In this document: positions 41,472 through 51,066 of the stretch, one piece after another
Numbering within the stretch: the first letter of the stretch is position 1
How the letters are laid out: every line of letters begins with the position of its first letter
Source: Candidatus Endomicrobiellum glyptotermitis
GTDB lineage: Bacteria; Elusimicrobiota; Endomicrobiia; Endomicrobiales; Endomicrobiaceae
Direction: 5' to 3'
NCBI GenBank assembly: GCA_031267715.1
Contig: JAIRYQ010000001.1
Coordinates: 30,127 to 94,126 of the forward strand
Length of the DNA stretch: 64,000 nt
Translations under genes and position numbers: made by a program
Notes under the pieces: generated by a model
The model's database searches: none
Seen by the model: the letters and a program-made list of their open reading frames with translations, nothing else
Told to the model about the DNA's origin: nothing

Positions 41472-42180
41472 AACTGAAAATTTATACAAAAAATATAAGT
41501 ATAGAGTGGTTGTAGACGACCTAAGCATAGATGTGAAGCAAGGTGAAATTGTGGGTTTGCTTGGTCCCAATGGTGCGGGGAAGACCACAGTTTTTCAGAT
41601 GACAGTTGGTCTTTTAAAGCCTTATCGTGGTAGTGTTTATATTGATGATATTGAAATAACTACTTGGCCCATGTATAGGAGGGCTAGGGTCGGGATAGGA
41701 TATCTTTCACAAGAATCATCAATATTTAGTAAGCTCACTGTTGAAGATAATCTTACCTCTATAGCTCAAATGTTTATAGATTCAAAAGTTCAAAGAAAAG
41801 AAAAAGTTGAACTTTTGCTTGAGGATTTCGGTCTTACAAAACTCCGTAAGCAATTAAGTATCAAGTTATCTGGAGGAGAAAAGAGGCGACTCGAAATTGC
41901 TAGGGCCTTAATAGTGAATCCTAAATTTTTGCTTTTAGATGAACCGTTTGTTGGTATTGATCCTATAACGGTTGATGATATACAAAAAGTTGTTAGAAAA
42001 TTAAAAACAAGAGGGCTGGGTATTCTTATGACAGACCATAATGTTAGAGAAACTCTTGAGATTATAGACAGAGCGTATGTAATTTACGAAGGGAGAATTT
42101 TAATTGAAGGGAACGCAAGAGAATTACTTGAAAACCCAGAAGCTAGAAAAGTGTACTTAGGTAATAATTTTAGAATGTAG
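41461..42180 (+). CDS. lptB: LPS export ABC ATPase
   Basis: GPNGAGKT, LSGGEKRRLEIAR, DEPFVGIDP, TDHNVRETL and YLG. Confidence 0.96.
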   Translation: MMLRTENLYKKYKYRVVVDDLSIDVKQGEIVGLLGPNGAGKTTVFQMTVGLLKPYRGSVYIDDIEITTWPMYRRARVGIGYLSQESSIFSKLTVEDNLTSIAQMFIDSKVQRKEKVELLLEDFGLTKLRKQLSIKLSGGEKRRLEIARALIVNPKFLLLDEPFVGIDPITVDDIQKVVRKLKTRGLGILMTDHNVRETLEIIDRAYVIYEGRILIEGNARELLENPEARKVYLGNNFRM

Positions 42181-42299
42181 TAAATTGATAATTTTGTTAT
42201 GCAGGTAGAAAGTCAGGGGATTGTAAAAGAGGTTCTATGTGTTTTATAAATGGAGAATGCTAGCGCTTATTATGTTACGTATGTACTGAAAGAAAGAGA

Positions 42300-42700
42300 G
42301 GTAAGTAAGATATTATGACTGAGTATCTGAAATTGACTGACTTCGTTAATTTTTGTGTGCGAAAAAAATTGTAAATGTCGGCAAGTTTTATAATGCTGAG
42401 ATAATGTATAGGCGCGCATTTTTTTTGCCAGTCGAAAAAGTTTGTGGTTGTATAACACAAATAATTTTATGTGTAGGTAAGCTTTCTTTTATATAAAAAT
42501 ATGTTCTTGCGATTAATAATCCTCTTAAAAAGTAAAAGGAAGTTTCTAAGGTTCACAGAAAAGATAATTTGGAAGTTCCAAGAGAGAAAATTTCTGAAGT
42601 AAGAAGTCTTGATTTAGAGTCAGAAACGTTGTGAAAAAGTGGTAAGTTGGCGATATGTTATATGTTGTGTGTAATCTTGATTATTGTGCGTCGTGTGTAG
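42300..42700 (+). pseudogene. hpf: Ribosome hibernation factor (HPF/RaiA) pseudogene; boundaries approximate
   Basis: DIMTEYLKLTDFVNFCVRKKL* resembles the HPF N-terminus, and KVHRK...ISEVRSLDL resembles the long-HPF linker. It occupies the canonical slot between lptB and ptsN. Confidence 0.6.
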
Positions 42701-42834
42701 TGGGTAGGAGTTTTATATATTTAAGGATGGCGTAATGTGACAAAGTTAGCGTTTCTTTTACCGTAATAAGTAAAAATTGGGTCAATAGTTCTTTTTAAGC
42801 CAAATTAAGTATATGGTGTACCGGGGGTGAGAAA

Positions 42835-43293
42835 ATGAAGGTTATGGATTTTTTGGATCAAGATTCTATTGTTGTTGATTTAAAAGCATCTGATAAAAAG
42901 TTGGCGATTGTTGAGCTTGTGGAGATTTTGAAGAGTAAGAAGAAAGTCAAAAGAATTGACGAGGTTGTTGATGTTGTATTGGAAAGGGAAAAACTAGGTT
43001 CAACAGGAATTGGGCAAGGTGTTGCAATACCGCATGGAAAAACTGATGCCTTCCAAGGACAGATAGGAGTTCTTGGAATTTCACAAAAAGGAGTAGAATT
43101 CAACTCTCTTGACGGTGAACTGGTTCATATAATTTTTCTTTTGATGGGGCCTGTTGATATGGTCGGACAACATTTAAAAGCATTATCTAGAATTTCGAGG
43201 CTTTTTAAAGATAAGTTTCTAAGGCAAGCCATAAGAAATGCAACTACGGTAGAAGAGGTTGTAAAAATAATACAACAAGAGGATAATTATTAG
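42835..43293 (+). CDS. ptsN: PTS EIIA (Ntr/fructose family)
   Basis: REKLGSTGIGQGVAIPH and HLKALSRISR. Confidence 0.9.
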   Translation: MKVMDFLDQDSIVVDLKASDKKLAIVELVEILKSKKKVKRIDEVVDVVLEREKLGSTGIGQGVAIPHGKTDAFQGQIGVLGISQKGVEFNSLDGELVHIIFLLMGPVDMVGQHLKALSRISRLFKDKFLRQAIRNATTVEEVVKIIQQEDNY

Positions 43294-43294
43294 C

Positions 43295-44239
43295 ATACTT
43301 ATTGACGTTGGGACACTTATTAGTGAAAAGGGTGAAGATTTTAATCTTTCACTTTCAATGGGAGATGCTGGCCTTAATAGAAAAATCGCAACTTTTGACG
43401 TCAATAGACCGGGCCTTGCATTTTCTGGATTTTTTAGAAATTTTCCGTACGAGCGTATACAGATTATTGGGATGAGTGAGTATTTGTATCTAGAAAATCT
43501 AAGTTATGATAATCAGGTAAAAGTATTATATAAGATTTTCTCTCATGAAACTGCTGTATGTTGTATTTTAACAAGGGGGCTCAAGCCTAATAGTGCAATG
43601 ATAAAAGCATTTTCCGGTTTAGATGTTTCTCTTTTAAAAACAGAATTGGGTACTTCTTTGTTTATTGGTGATTTAATTTATTATTTATACGAAAAACTTG
43701 CGCCATCAACTAAAATACACGGGGTTATGACGAGTATTTATGACTTGGGTGTTTTGATTATAGGTAAGTCTGCAATAGGTAAATCTGAGTGTGCTCTTGA
43801 GCTTTTAAAGAGAGGACATAAACTCGTTGCTGATGATGTTGTTGCTGTAAAAAGACATTCTGAACGTGCCTTAAGTGGAAGTGGTTTGAAGACTATGAAA
43901 CACCTTATAGAAGTGAGGGGCATAGGAATAATAAACGCTAAGGATATTTTCGGCATAAGAAGCATTTTGGATAAGGCTTATATAGAACTTGTTGTAAAAC
44001 TTGAAACGTGGGAATTGAAAAAGGAGTATGAAAGATTGGGGGTTAATGAGTATTACTCTGAGCTTCTAGGCGTGAAAATTCCTGAAGTTACAATTCCTGT
44101 TGGGCCTGGGAGAAATCTTGCTGTACTTATTGAAACAGCAAGCTTAAACCAGAGGCTTAAAAATAGTGGATGCTTTACGGCGAAAGATTTATCCTATAAG
44201 TTAAAAAAAGAAATAAATAATGAATATAATAAAAGCTGA
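43295..44239 (+). CDS. hprK: HPr kinase/phosphorylase; first ATG at 43358, open frame extends upstream
   Basis: NRPGL, ERIQIIG, GKSAIGKSECALEL, LVADD, EVRGIGII and PGRNLA. Confidence 0.92.
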   Translation: MLIDVGTLISEKGEDFNLSLSMGDAGLNRKIATFDVNRPGLAFSGFFRNFPYERIQIIGMSEYLYLENLSYDNQVKVLYKIFSHETAVCCILTRGLKPNSAMIKAFSGLDVSLLKTELGTSLFIGDLIYYLYEKLAPSTKIHGVMTSIYDLGVLIIGKSAIGKSECALELLKRGHKLVADDVVAVKRHSERALSGSGLKTMKHLIEVRGIGIINAKDIFGIRSILDKAYIELVVKLETWELKKEYERLGVNEYYSELLGVKIPEVTIPVGPGRNLAVLIETASLNQRLKNSGCFTAKDLSYKLKKEINNEYNKS

Positions 44240-44428
44240 AAAATAGTGAACATCGACTGTAGTTGTAATTTTCCTCAAATTTCAAAAAGCAATAGTTTAT
44301 TGATTTTATATAGCCTGCATGTTTTGTCCATTTTTATTGCCTGCATTAAAAGTCTTTAATAAAAAAAGTTGGTTTATTTTATACCCGTGGTGGTAGGTGC
44401 GTGGTGTTAAAGTAGTCTGTCTGTTAGG

Positions 44429-45298
44429 ATGGTAATGGTGAGATTATACATAGTTTCAGGGATGTCGGGTGCAGGTAAAAGTCAAGCTCTCAAAATTTTT
44501 GAGGATTTTGGTTTTTTTTGTATTGATAATATGCCTATTCAAGTAGTTCTAGATTTCATAGGTATATGTCTTAAAAATCCTAATGATAAATATAAAAATA
44601 TAGCAATAAGCATAGATTCACGTATATGGGAATCTCTTGTTTACTTTGAAGGCCTACTTATTGCTTTAAAGGAAAAAAATATAGAATGCAAAATAATTTT
44701 TTTTAATGCTTCTGATTTGGTCTTAGTAAGGCGTTATTCTGAAACTCGTCATCGTCATCCTTTGGGGGAATCATTACTTGAAGGAATAATGCTTGAGAGG
44801 AAAGTTATAGATAAAATTTTTAAGTTTGCAGATGAGGTAGTGGACACCACGGATATCAATGTGATTGAACTTAAGGAATTAATTTATGTACTTATAGGAG
44901 GTGTTTGTCAATATAAAGAGCAATATTTAAATGTTTTTGTTCTTTCTTTTGGTTATAAGTATGGTGTGCCGAGTGATGCCGATATAATTTATGACGTGCG
45001 TTTTTTAGCGAATCCGAATTATGTACGAGAATTAAAATTTAAAACTGGTGAGGATGAGGCTGTTAAAGATTATGTAGAAAAACAAAAAGAGTTTAAAGTT
45101 TTCTTTAATATATTTTCAGAACTTATAGGTACGACCCTCCCATTATATGTTAAAGAAGGCAAAAGTTATCTAACTATAGCGATAGGGTGTACTGGAGGAA
45201 AACATAGATCAGTTTTTACAGCTATAAAACTTGTAGAATTTTTGAGGAATAAAAAATATAAGGTGAAACTTGCTCACAGAGATATTTTTGTATCATGA
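44429..45298 (+). CDS. rapZ: RNase adapter RapZ/YvcJ
   Basis: GMSGAGKS, RRYSETR, SFGYKYG, DVRFLANP and GCTGGKHRSV. Confidence 0.95.
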   Translation: MVMVRLYIVSGMSGAGKSQALKIFEDFGFFCIDNMPIQVVLDFIGICLKNPNDKYKNIAISIDSRIWESLVYFEGLLIALKEKNIECKIIFFNASDLVLVRRYSETRHRHPLGESLLEGIMLERKVIDKIFKFADEVVDTTDINVIELKELIYVLIGGVCQYKEQYLNVFVLSFGYKYGVPSDADIIYDVRFLANPNYVRELKFKTGEDEAVKDYVEKQKEFKVFFNIFSELIGTTLPLYVKEGKSYLTIAIGCTGGKHRSVFTAIKLVEFLRNKKYKVKLAHRDIFVS

Positions 45299-45353
45299 TG
45301 TTCAAACAAAAAAATAATTGAGTACCAATCTTCTCGATGAGGGCAAATATAAA

Positions 45354-46298
45354 ATGAAAAATCTAAGGATTGTTGCTCTTGGTGGTGGAAGTGGATTGTC
45401 AACTCTTCTAAGAGGTCTTAAAAAGTATAATAAGTCTATTACTGCTATAGTGAATGTGGCAGATGATGGAGGAAGTTCTGGTAAGTTGAGAACTGAATTT
45501 GGTGTTTTGCCACCAGGAGATATAAGGAACTGTTTAGTTGCTCTTTCTGAAGAAGAAAGTTTGATGTCAAGGCTTTTTCAGTACAGATTCCCAGCTACTG
45601 GAACTTTGTCTGGGCATTCTTTTGGAAATCTCTTTTTGACAGCCATGTCTTCAATTTTAGGTAGTTTTGATGGTGCTATAGCGAATTGCGGTGAAGTTCT
45701 TGCAATAAGAGGAAGGGTTTTGCCTGTCACTCTTTCTTCAATTGTGCTCGAAGCTGAACTTGAAAGTGGGAAGAAAGTAAAAGGCGAAAGCAAAATTTCA
45801 GAAGTAGGAGAAAAAATTAAACATATAGGGTTAAGTCCTATAGGACCGCCAGCCACCCCTGATGTAATTGATGTTTTAAAAAAAGCAGATATAATAATTT
45901 TAGGTCCTGGATCTCTATATACTTCAATAATAGTTAATTTGTTAGTTGATGGAGTTGTCGATGCGATGAAATTGTCAAAAGCTTATAAAATATACGTTTG
46001 CAATATTATGACACAGCCTGGCGAAACGAAAAACTATAAACTTTCAGATCATGTGGTAGCTATAGAAGAAAATTCTTATAATGGAATACTTGATTGTGTG
46101 ATAGCGAATGAAGGTGCAGTTCCAGAAAATCTTGTAAAAAGATACGAGAAATATGGAGCTCGCCAAGTTGAAAATGATAAGATATGCATTAGAGTTGTAA
46201 AGGGGAGTTTATTTTCCGACGAAATTTATGCGAGACATGATCCCGATAAACTTGCAAAGGTTTTGGTTAAGATAATAACCTCAGAGCTGAAATGTTGA
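45354..46298 (+). CDS. yvcK: YvcK/GlmR (UPF0052) family UDP-GlcNAc-binding protein
   Basis: GGGSGL, ADDGGSSG, PPGDIRN, GHSFGN, GPGSLYTS and RHD. Confidence 0.93.
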   Translation: MKNLRIVALGGGSGLSTLLRGLKKYNKSITAIVNVADDGGSSGKLRTEFGVLPPGDIRNCLVALSEEESLMSRLFQYRFPATGTLSGHSFGNLFLTAMSSILGSFDGAIANCGEVLAIRGRVLPVTLSSIVLEAELESGKKVKGESKISEVGEKIKHIGLSPIGPPATPDVIDVLKKADIIILGPGSLYTSIIVNLLVDGVVDAMKLSKAYKIYVCNIMTQPGETKNYKLSDHVVAIEENSYNGILDCVIANEGAVPENLVKRYEKYGARQVENDKICIRVVKGSLFSDEIYARHDPDKLAKVLVKIITSELKC

Positions 46299-46354
46299 GA
46301 GTAAGAGAGAATTGTTGTTTTTATGTGGTGTGGTGGGGGGTGAGATTCTGAAGT

Positions 46355-46798
46355 ATGATAAAGATTATTGTTGCTGCTCATGGAGACTTAGCCCAAGAGC
46401 TGGTGAATTCCGTAGAAGCTGTTATCGGGAAACAGTCTAATTTGTATGCTGTCAAAGGAGATATTGGTGATAGTTTGGTGCAAATGAAGGAAAGAGTCAA
46501 TAATCTTTTAAGAGGCGTAAATGATGATGACGGAAGTCTAATACTTACTGATATAGTGGGAGGAACGCCTTGTAATGCTTCAGTTCCTATGTGTATATTA
46601 TTCAATGCAGAGGTTATTTCCGGCGTTAATCTTCCAATGGTATTGTCTGCAATGTTTTTAAGTAAAAAAGATATAACTATTTCAGATTTGGCGGAGAAGG
46701 TTATATTTGACGGTCAGAAGGGTATGATAAATGTTAAAAAAAATTATTTGACAAGGCAGGTGAAAAGCAAAATAACAGATGTGTTTTTTGACTTTTAA
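46355..46798 (+). CDS. PTS mannose-family EIIA
   Basis: IIVAAHG, LTDIVGGTPCN and GVNLPM. Confidence 0.9.
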   Translation: MIKIIVAAHGDLAQELVNSVEAVIGKQSNLYAVKGDIGDSLVQMKERVNNLLRGVNDDDGSLILTDIVGGTPCNASVPMCILFNAEVISGVNLPMVLSAMFLSKKDITISDLAEKVIFDGQKGMINVKKNYLTRQVKSKITDVFFDF

Positions 46799-46886
46799 CA
46801 TGTTGTTTTTTCAACGCCTGACGGCCATCATTTGTTTATTAGGTAGAGGGGAATATATTTATCTCTAAGTAGGTAAGAATAGGAAG

Positions 46887-47386
46887 ATGTCCATAGTTTT
46901 AGTAAGAATAGATGATAGATTAATACACGGACAAATAGTGCAGGGTTGGTTAAAAGCGGTGGATGTTGATGTTGTATTGATTGCTTCAGATACTGTGTCT
47001 CAAGATGAGACTCAGCAGATACTTATGGCTATGGCTATACCTAGTAATGTAAAACTTGTGATAGAGAATCTTGAAGATGCTACGAGCAAGGTCGTAAGTG
47101 GGCAATATGCTGAAAAAAAATGATGATTTTAGCAGCAAGTCCGTCGGATGTATTATATATGTTAGATAACGGAGCTGACTTTAAATCTTTAAATGTCGGG
47201 GGAATGCATTTTAAAAAAGGAAAGAAGCAGCTTTTGTACAATCTTTACGTAGATGCTGTTGATTTGGGGAATCTGTATAGGATATGTAAAAAGGGTGTTG
47301 AAATAGAAGGACGCATTTTTCCCAAAGATGAGAAGGTAAATATTATACGTTTGGTAGAAAAAAAATATTTGGAAGTGTGCGAGTAA
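46887..47386 (+). pseudogene. PTS mannose-family EIIB split by a single frameshift
   Basis: RIDDRLIHGQ in the first ORF and LNVGGMH in the second. The frames join if the A8 run at 47113-47120 were A9. Confidence 0.85.
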
Positions 47387-47636
47387 ATAGATTAAGTAAA
47401 GTTAATTTTGTTTTATATATGACCCACATGCTTAGCGACTGTCAGTATTTTTTAAGAACTTAAGTAGTGTATAAAAAAGCTTCCCGAGTTACTGGTAAAA
47501 TTGAAAATAATTCATGAAAAATTCTTAAAGACTTGTCTTGTTTTTGAGTAATCTTTGTTTTTTAATTAAAAGTCTAAGATGATTGTAGTAATTTAACTTT
47601 ATCAAAGTAAAAAGGAGGTATTTTGTTTTATAAGAT

Positions 47637-48122
47637 ATGACATTATGTGTAAGTAAAAATGTCGTTTTTCTTGCATTCGTTTCGACTTTATGCAGTGCGG
47701 ACGTAGTTGCTATAGGACAGTTTATGATTTGTCGTCCCATATTTTCTGCTCCTCTCGTGGGTTTTTTTATGGGTGATATAAGTGCAGGAGTTTGGGTAGG
47801 TATGATAGTTGTGAGATGATTTGGATAGATACAACACCTGTAGGTATTTGCTGTGCCTGTTGATGCTTCCGTACTATGTATTTTGTCTACATTTTGGATG
47901 TGTAAATATTTTAAAGGTTTGCACGAAGCCGCAATCTTGGGATTGGTTTTAGCTGTGCCATTTGCCTATTTGTATAGGTTAATAGATATTTTTGGAAGAA
48001 ATTTTAGCACTAAACTGATGCACTGTGTTGAGAGAAGAGTACAAAATGGAGAATATAGGTATATAAATATTGGTATGGCTGTATATAATTTTAGAAAAAT
48101 AAGAATCCTTTTTAAACGTTAA
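47637..48122 (+). pseudogene. PTS mannose-family EIIC pseudogene
   Basis: GQFMICRPIFSAPLVG fragment, then a frameshifted VPVD...LGLVLAVP fragment; truncated. Confidence 0.8.
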
Positions 48123-48184
48123 AATATATATTTTTGACAATTTCTGGTATTGTGAATGATACGAGCAGTAATATAAATTTTAAA

Positions 48185-48981
48185 ATGATAAAAGTATATT
48201 TTTGTATGTTTATAAAGACTTTTTTTATACAAGCTTTGTGGAATTACGAGCGATTGCAAGATGTTGGTTTTTTATTTATATTAAAACCTTTTTTATGCAA
48301 CATCTATTCAGATGAGAGTAAAAAAAAGAGGCTTTTTTAAGACATATAGGGTTTTTTAACACGCATCCTTATATGGCCTAGTTTAATAATTGCGATTGCA
48401 GTAAACATGGAAAAAGAGCTATCCGAATGCGGGTCTGTTGAAAAAAGTTCTTCTGTAAATACAGTTAAAATGTAATGGAAGGCCCCTTGGCTGCGCTATG
48501 AGACTCATTTTTTGGAGGGACATTAAGATATTTAGTAGCTTTCATAAGTATACTTATACTTTTTCTTTTTGTGAATCTGTTTGGCAATAGATTTGCAACG
48601 CATAGTTTTTGGATTCCTTTAATATTCATTTTCTTTTACAATGTTGTGCATATTCCTGTAAGGTTTTTGTTTATGTTTATGGGGTTTAAGCTTGACAGAA
48701 AAAAGAATATTTTTTTGTTGTCAAACTTTAAGTTTATGTTTCTGGAGAAAATACTGTATTGCAGTGAAGTTGTAGTTGTAATTGGCGCATTGGTTTTGTA
48801 TTTAAGATTTTTGTTTTGTAGTTCTATAAGTACTAGGCTTCTCGGTAACAATGTTCGCAGTATTTTTATGTATGGTGTTTTGCTTGCGCTCTCAGTTTTT
48901 GTTTCTTGGAGATTTAGTGCAGTTTTTTTGTTTTACAGCATAGTACTAGTGTGTATTGGGATTTCCTGTTTTGGGATGTAA
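48185..48981 (+). pseudogene. PTS mannose-family EIID pseudogene
   Basis: QALWNYERLQ, GFFNTHPY and MEGPLAAL*DS (GPLAGIGD motif with an in-frame TGA), in shifted frames. Confidence 0.85.
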
Positions 48982-48986
48982 ACGAG

Positions 48987-49247
48987 ATGAAGAAAAAAAA
49001 TATTATTATTTCAAATAAAATGGGTTTACATGCAAGACCTGCAGCGATGCTTGTGCAGATTACAGCTAAATATAATTCTACGGTTAAAATTCTAAAAGAT
49101 GGTTTTGAGGTTGACGCAAAAAGTATTATGGGTGTTATGGCTTTAGCAGCCGGACACAGAAGCACATTGAAATTTATTGCTGACGGTCCAGATGAAAACG
49201 AAGTTTTAACAGCAATTAAAGATTTATTTAAAACTATGACAGACTAA
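48987..49247 (+). CDS. ptsH: Phosphocarrier HPr
   Basis: GLHARPA (His15) and DAKSIMG (Ser46). Confidence 0.95.
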   Translation: MKKKNIIISNKMGLHARPAAMLVQITAKYNSTVKILKDGFEVDAKSIMGVMALAAGHRSTLKFIADGPDENEVLTAIKDLFKTMTD

Positions 49248-49297
49248 GTTTGTTTATGTTGTGAACTTAATCGGGCGTATAGGGAGGGAGAAAAAAA

Positions 49298-51037
49298 TTG
49301 TCTCTTAAAAAAGACGTTATTCTTGAAGGTATTGCGGCATCGCCAGGAATTGCTATTGGCAAAGCTTTTTTTCTTGAAGACGATGATTTTTGTGTTACTT
49401 GCAGAGAAATACCTGAGTATGCTAGAGAAGTTGAAAAAAAGCGTTTAAACAGTGCCGTTGAAAAAACAAGAGATGAGCTTAAGATGGTTTATAATAGGAT
49501 TGATGAGGTTCTTGGTAAAAGTTATGCACGAATAGCTGATGTCCATCTTTTAATTTTAGACGATCCGACTATGAAGAAAAATGTTTATGAGCTTATAGAT
49601 AATGGTATTAATGCAGAGTATGCTGTTTTTAGGACTGTAGATGATATCGTTCATTCCTTTGAGTTTATAGAGGATGGTTACTTTAGAGAAAGAAAAGTTG
49701 ATATTCAAGATATTGGTAAAAAGATTATTTGGAATCTCCTCGGTAAGCAAAAAAAAACTCTGGCAAGCTTGGAGGAAGATTCGATAGTAATTTCTCGTAA
49801 CTTAACTCCTGCTGATACTATGACAATAAGAGAAAAGTTGGTGAAAGGCTTTGCTACAGACGTTGGCGGAAAAACTTCTCATACAGCAATTATCGCACAG
49901 GGGCTTTCCATACCAGCCGTTGTAGGCTTAAAGGTGATATCCTCGCAGGCACAGACTAGTGATGTCATTATTATTGATGGTAATAGAGGTGAGGTTGTAT
50001 TAAGACCTACCACTAAAACCATAAGCAAGTACAGGAAAGAGCATACCTTACAATTTGCAAAAAAAAAAGATCTTGAAAAGCTAAAGAATTTATCAGCTGA
50101 GACAACAGATAAGCATAAAGTTTTGCTTTTTGCAAATATCGACAATCCTGATGAGATGGAGTCAATTTTAAGCAATGGAGCGATGGGTGTAGGTCTTTAC
50201 AGAACAGAATTTATATACTTCAATCGCGATACTATGCCAAGTGAAAAAGACCATTTTGAGAATTATTCTAAAGTTGCAGTAGCTATGTCTCCTTATCCAA
50301 CTGTTATAAGGACATTTGACTTAGGAGGTGATAAGCTTGCAAAAACGGGTCTTTTAAAAGTAGAACGTGAAAAAAATCCGTTTTTGGGCTTAAGAGCTAT
50401 AAGACTTTCTCTTAAATACCCAGAAATTTTTATTGACCAATTAAGGGGTGTTTTAAGAGCATCAGCTTATGGAAAAATTAGACTTATGTATCCGATGATA
50501 TCTGGAATTGAGGAATTATATGAAGCTAATGAAGTTCTCAATAAAGTAAAACAAGATTTGAGAAGAGAAAATATAGAATTTGACGAAAAAATGGAAGTTG
50601 GCGCGATGGTAGAAGTGCCGTCTGCCGCTATGATAATCGATGCTATTGCTAATGAAGTTGATTTTGTTTCAATAGGAACTAACGATTTAATACAATATAC
50701 GCTTGCTGTTGACAGGGTAAATGAAAATGTTGCAGGTCTTTATGATCCGTTACATCCTGCAATTTTAAGGTTTATTAAAAAGATTATAGATGAGAGCCAT
50801 AAAGCTGGAATAACTGTAAGTATGTGCGGGGAAATGGCTGGCGATCCATATTGTACACCTGTTCTTTTGGGTTTTGGCCTCGATCAGTTTAGTGTATCAT
50901 CTGCGCAAATTCCAAAGATTAAAAGGGTGATAAGAAGTATTTCTTTTGAGAATGCCAAGAAAATTTCAGAAGAGGTTTTAAGATGCGGGAGTAGAGATTC
51001 AATATTAAGAATTATAAATACTATTTCCACACAATGA
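49298..51037 (+). CDS. ptsI: PTS enzyme I
   Basis: GIAASPG, GGKTSHTAI, GLYRTEF, NPFLGLRAIR, SIGTNDL and MCGEMAG. Confidence 0.96.
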   Translation: MSLKKDVILEGIAASPGIAIGKAFFLEDDDFCVTCREIPEYAREVEKKRLNSAVEKTRDELKMVYNRIDEVLGKSYARIADVHLLILDDPTMKKNVYELIDNGINAEYAVFRTVDDIVHSFEFIEDGYFRERKVDIQDIGKKIIWNLLGKQKKTLASLEEDSIVISRNLTPADTMTIREKLVKGFATDVGGKTSHTAIIAQGLSIPAVVGLKVISSQAQTSDVIIIDGNRGEVVLRPTTKTISKYRKEHTLQFAKKKDLEKLKNLSAETTDKHKVLLFANIDNPDEMESILSNGAMGVGLYRTEFIYFNRDTMPSEKDHFENYSKVAVAMSPYPTVIRTFDLGGDKLAKTGLLKVEREKNPFLGLRAIRLSLKYPEIFIDQLRGVLRASAYGKIRLMYPMISGIEELYEANEVLNKVKQDLRRENIEFDEKMEVGAMVEVPSAAMIIDAIANEVDFVSIGTNDLIQYTLAVDRVNENVAGLYDPLHPAILRFIKKIIDESHKAGITVSMCGEMAGDPYCTPVLLGFGLDQFSVSSAQIPKIKRVIRSISFENAKKISEEVLRCGSRDSILRIINTISTQ

Positions 51038-51066
51038 AAAAATTTGTATTTTAGGAATGCCTAGTA

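Noticed and set aside
42181-42834. rpoN remnant expected after lptB
   Set aside because: I could not recognise any sigma54 motif; only HPF-like fragments were seen.
48470-48520. In-frame TGA at a Gly position in EIID as a sign of UGA recoding
   Set aside because: Intact genes here end in TGA at expected positions, RF2 is present, and EIID also has frameshifts.
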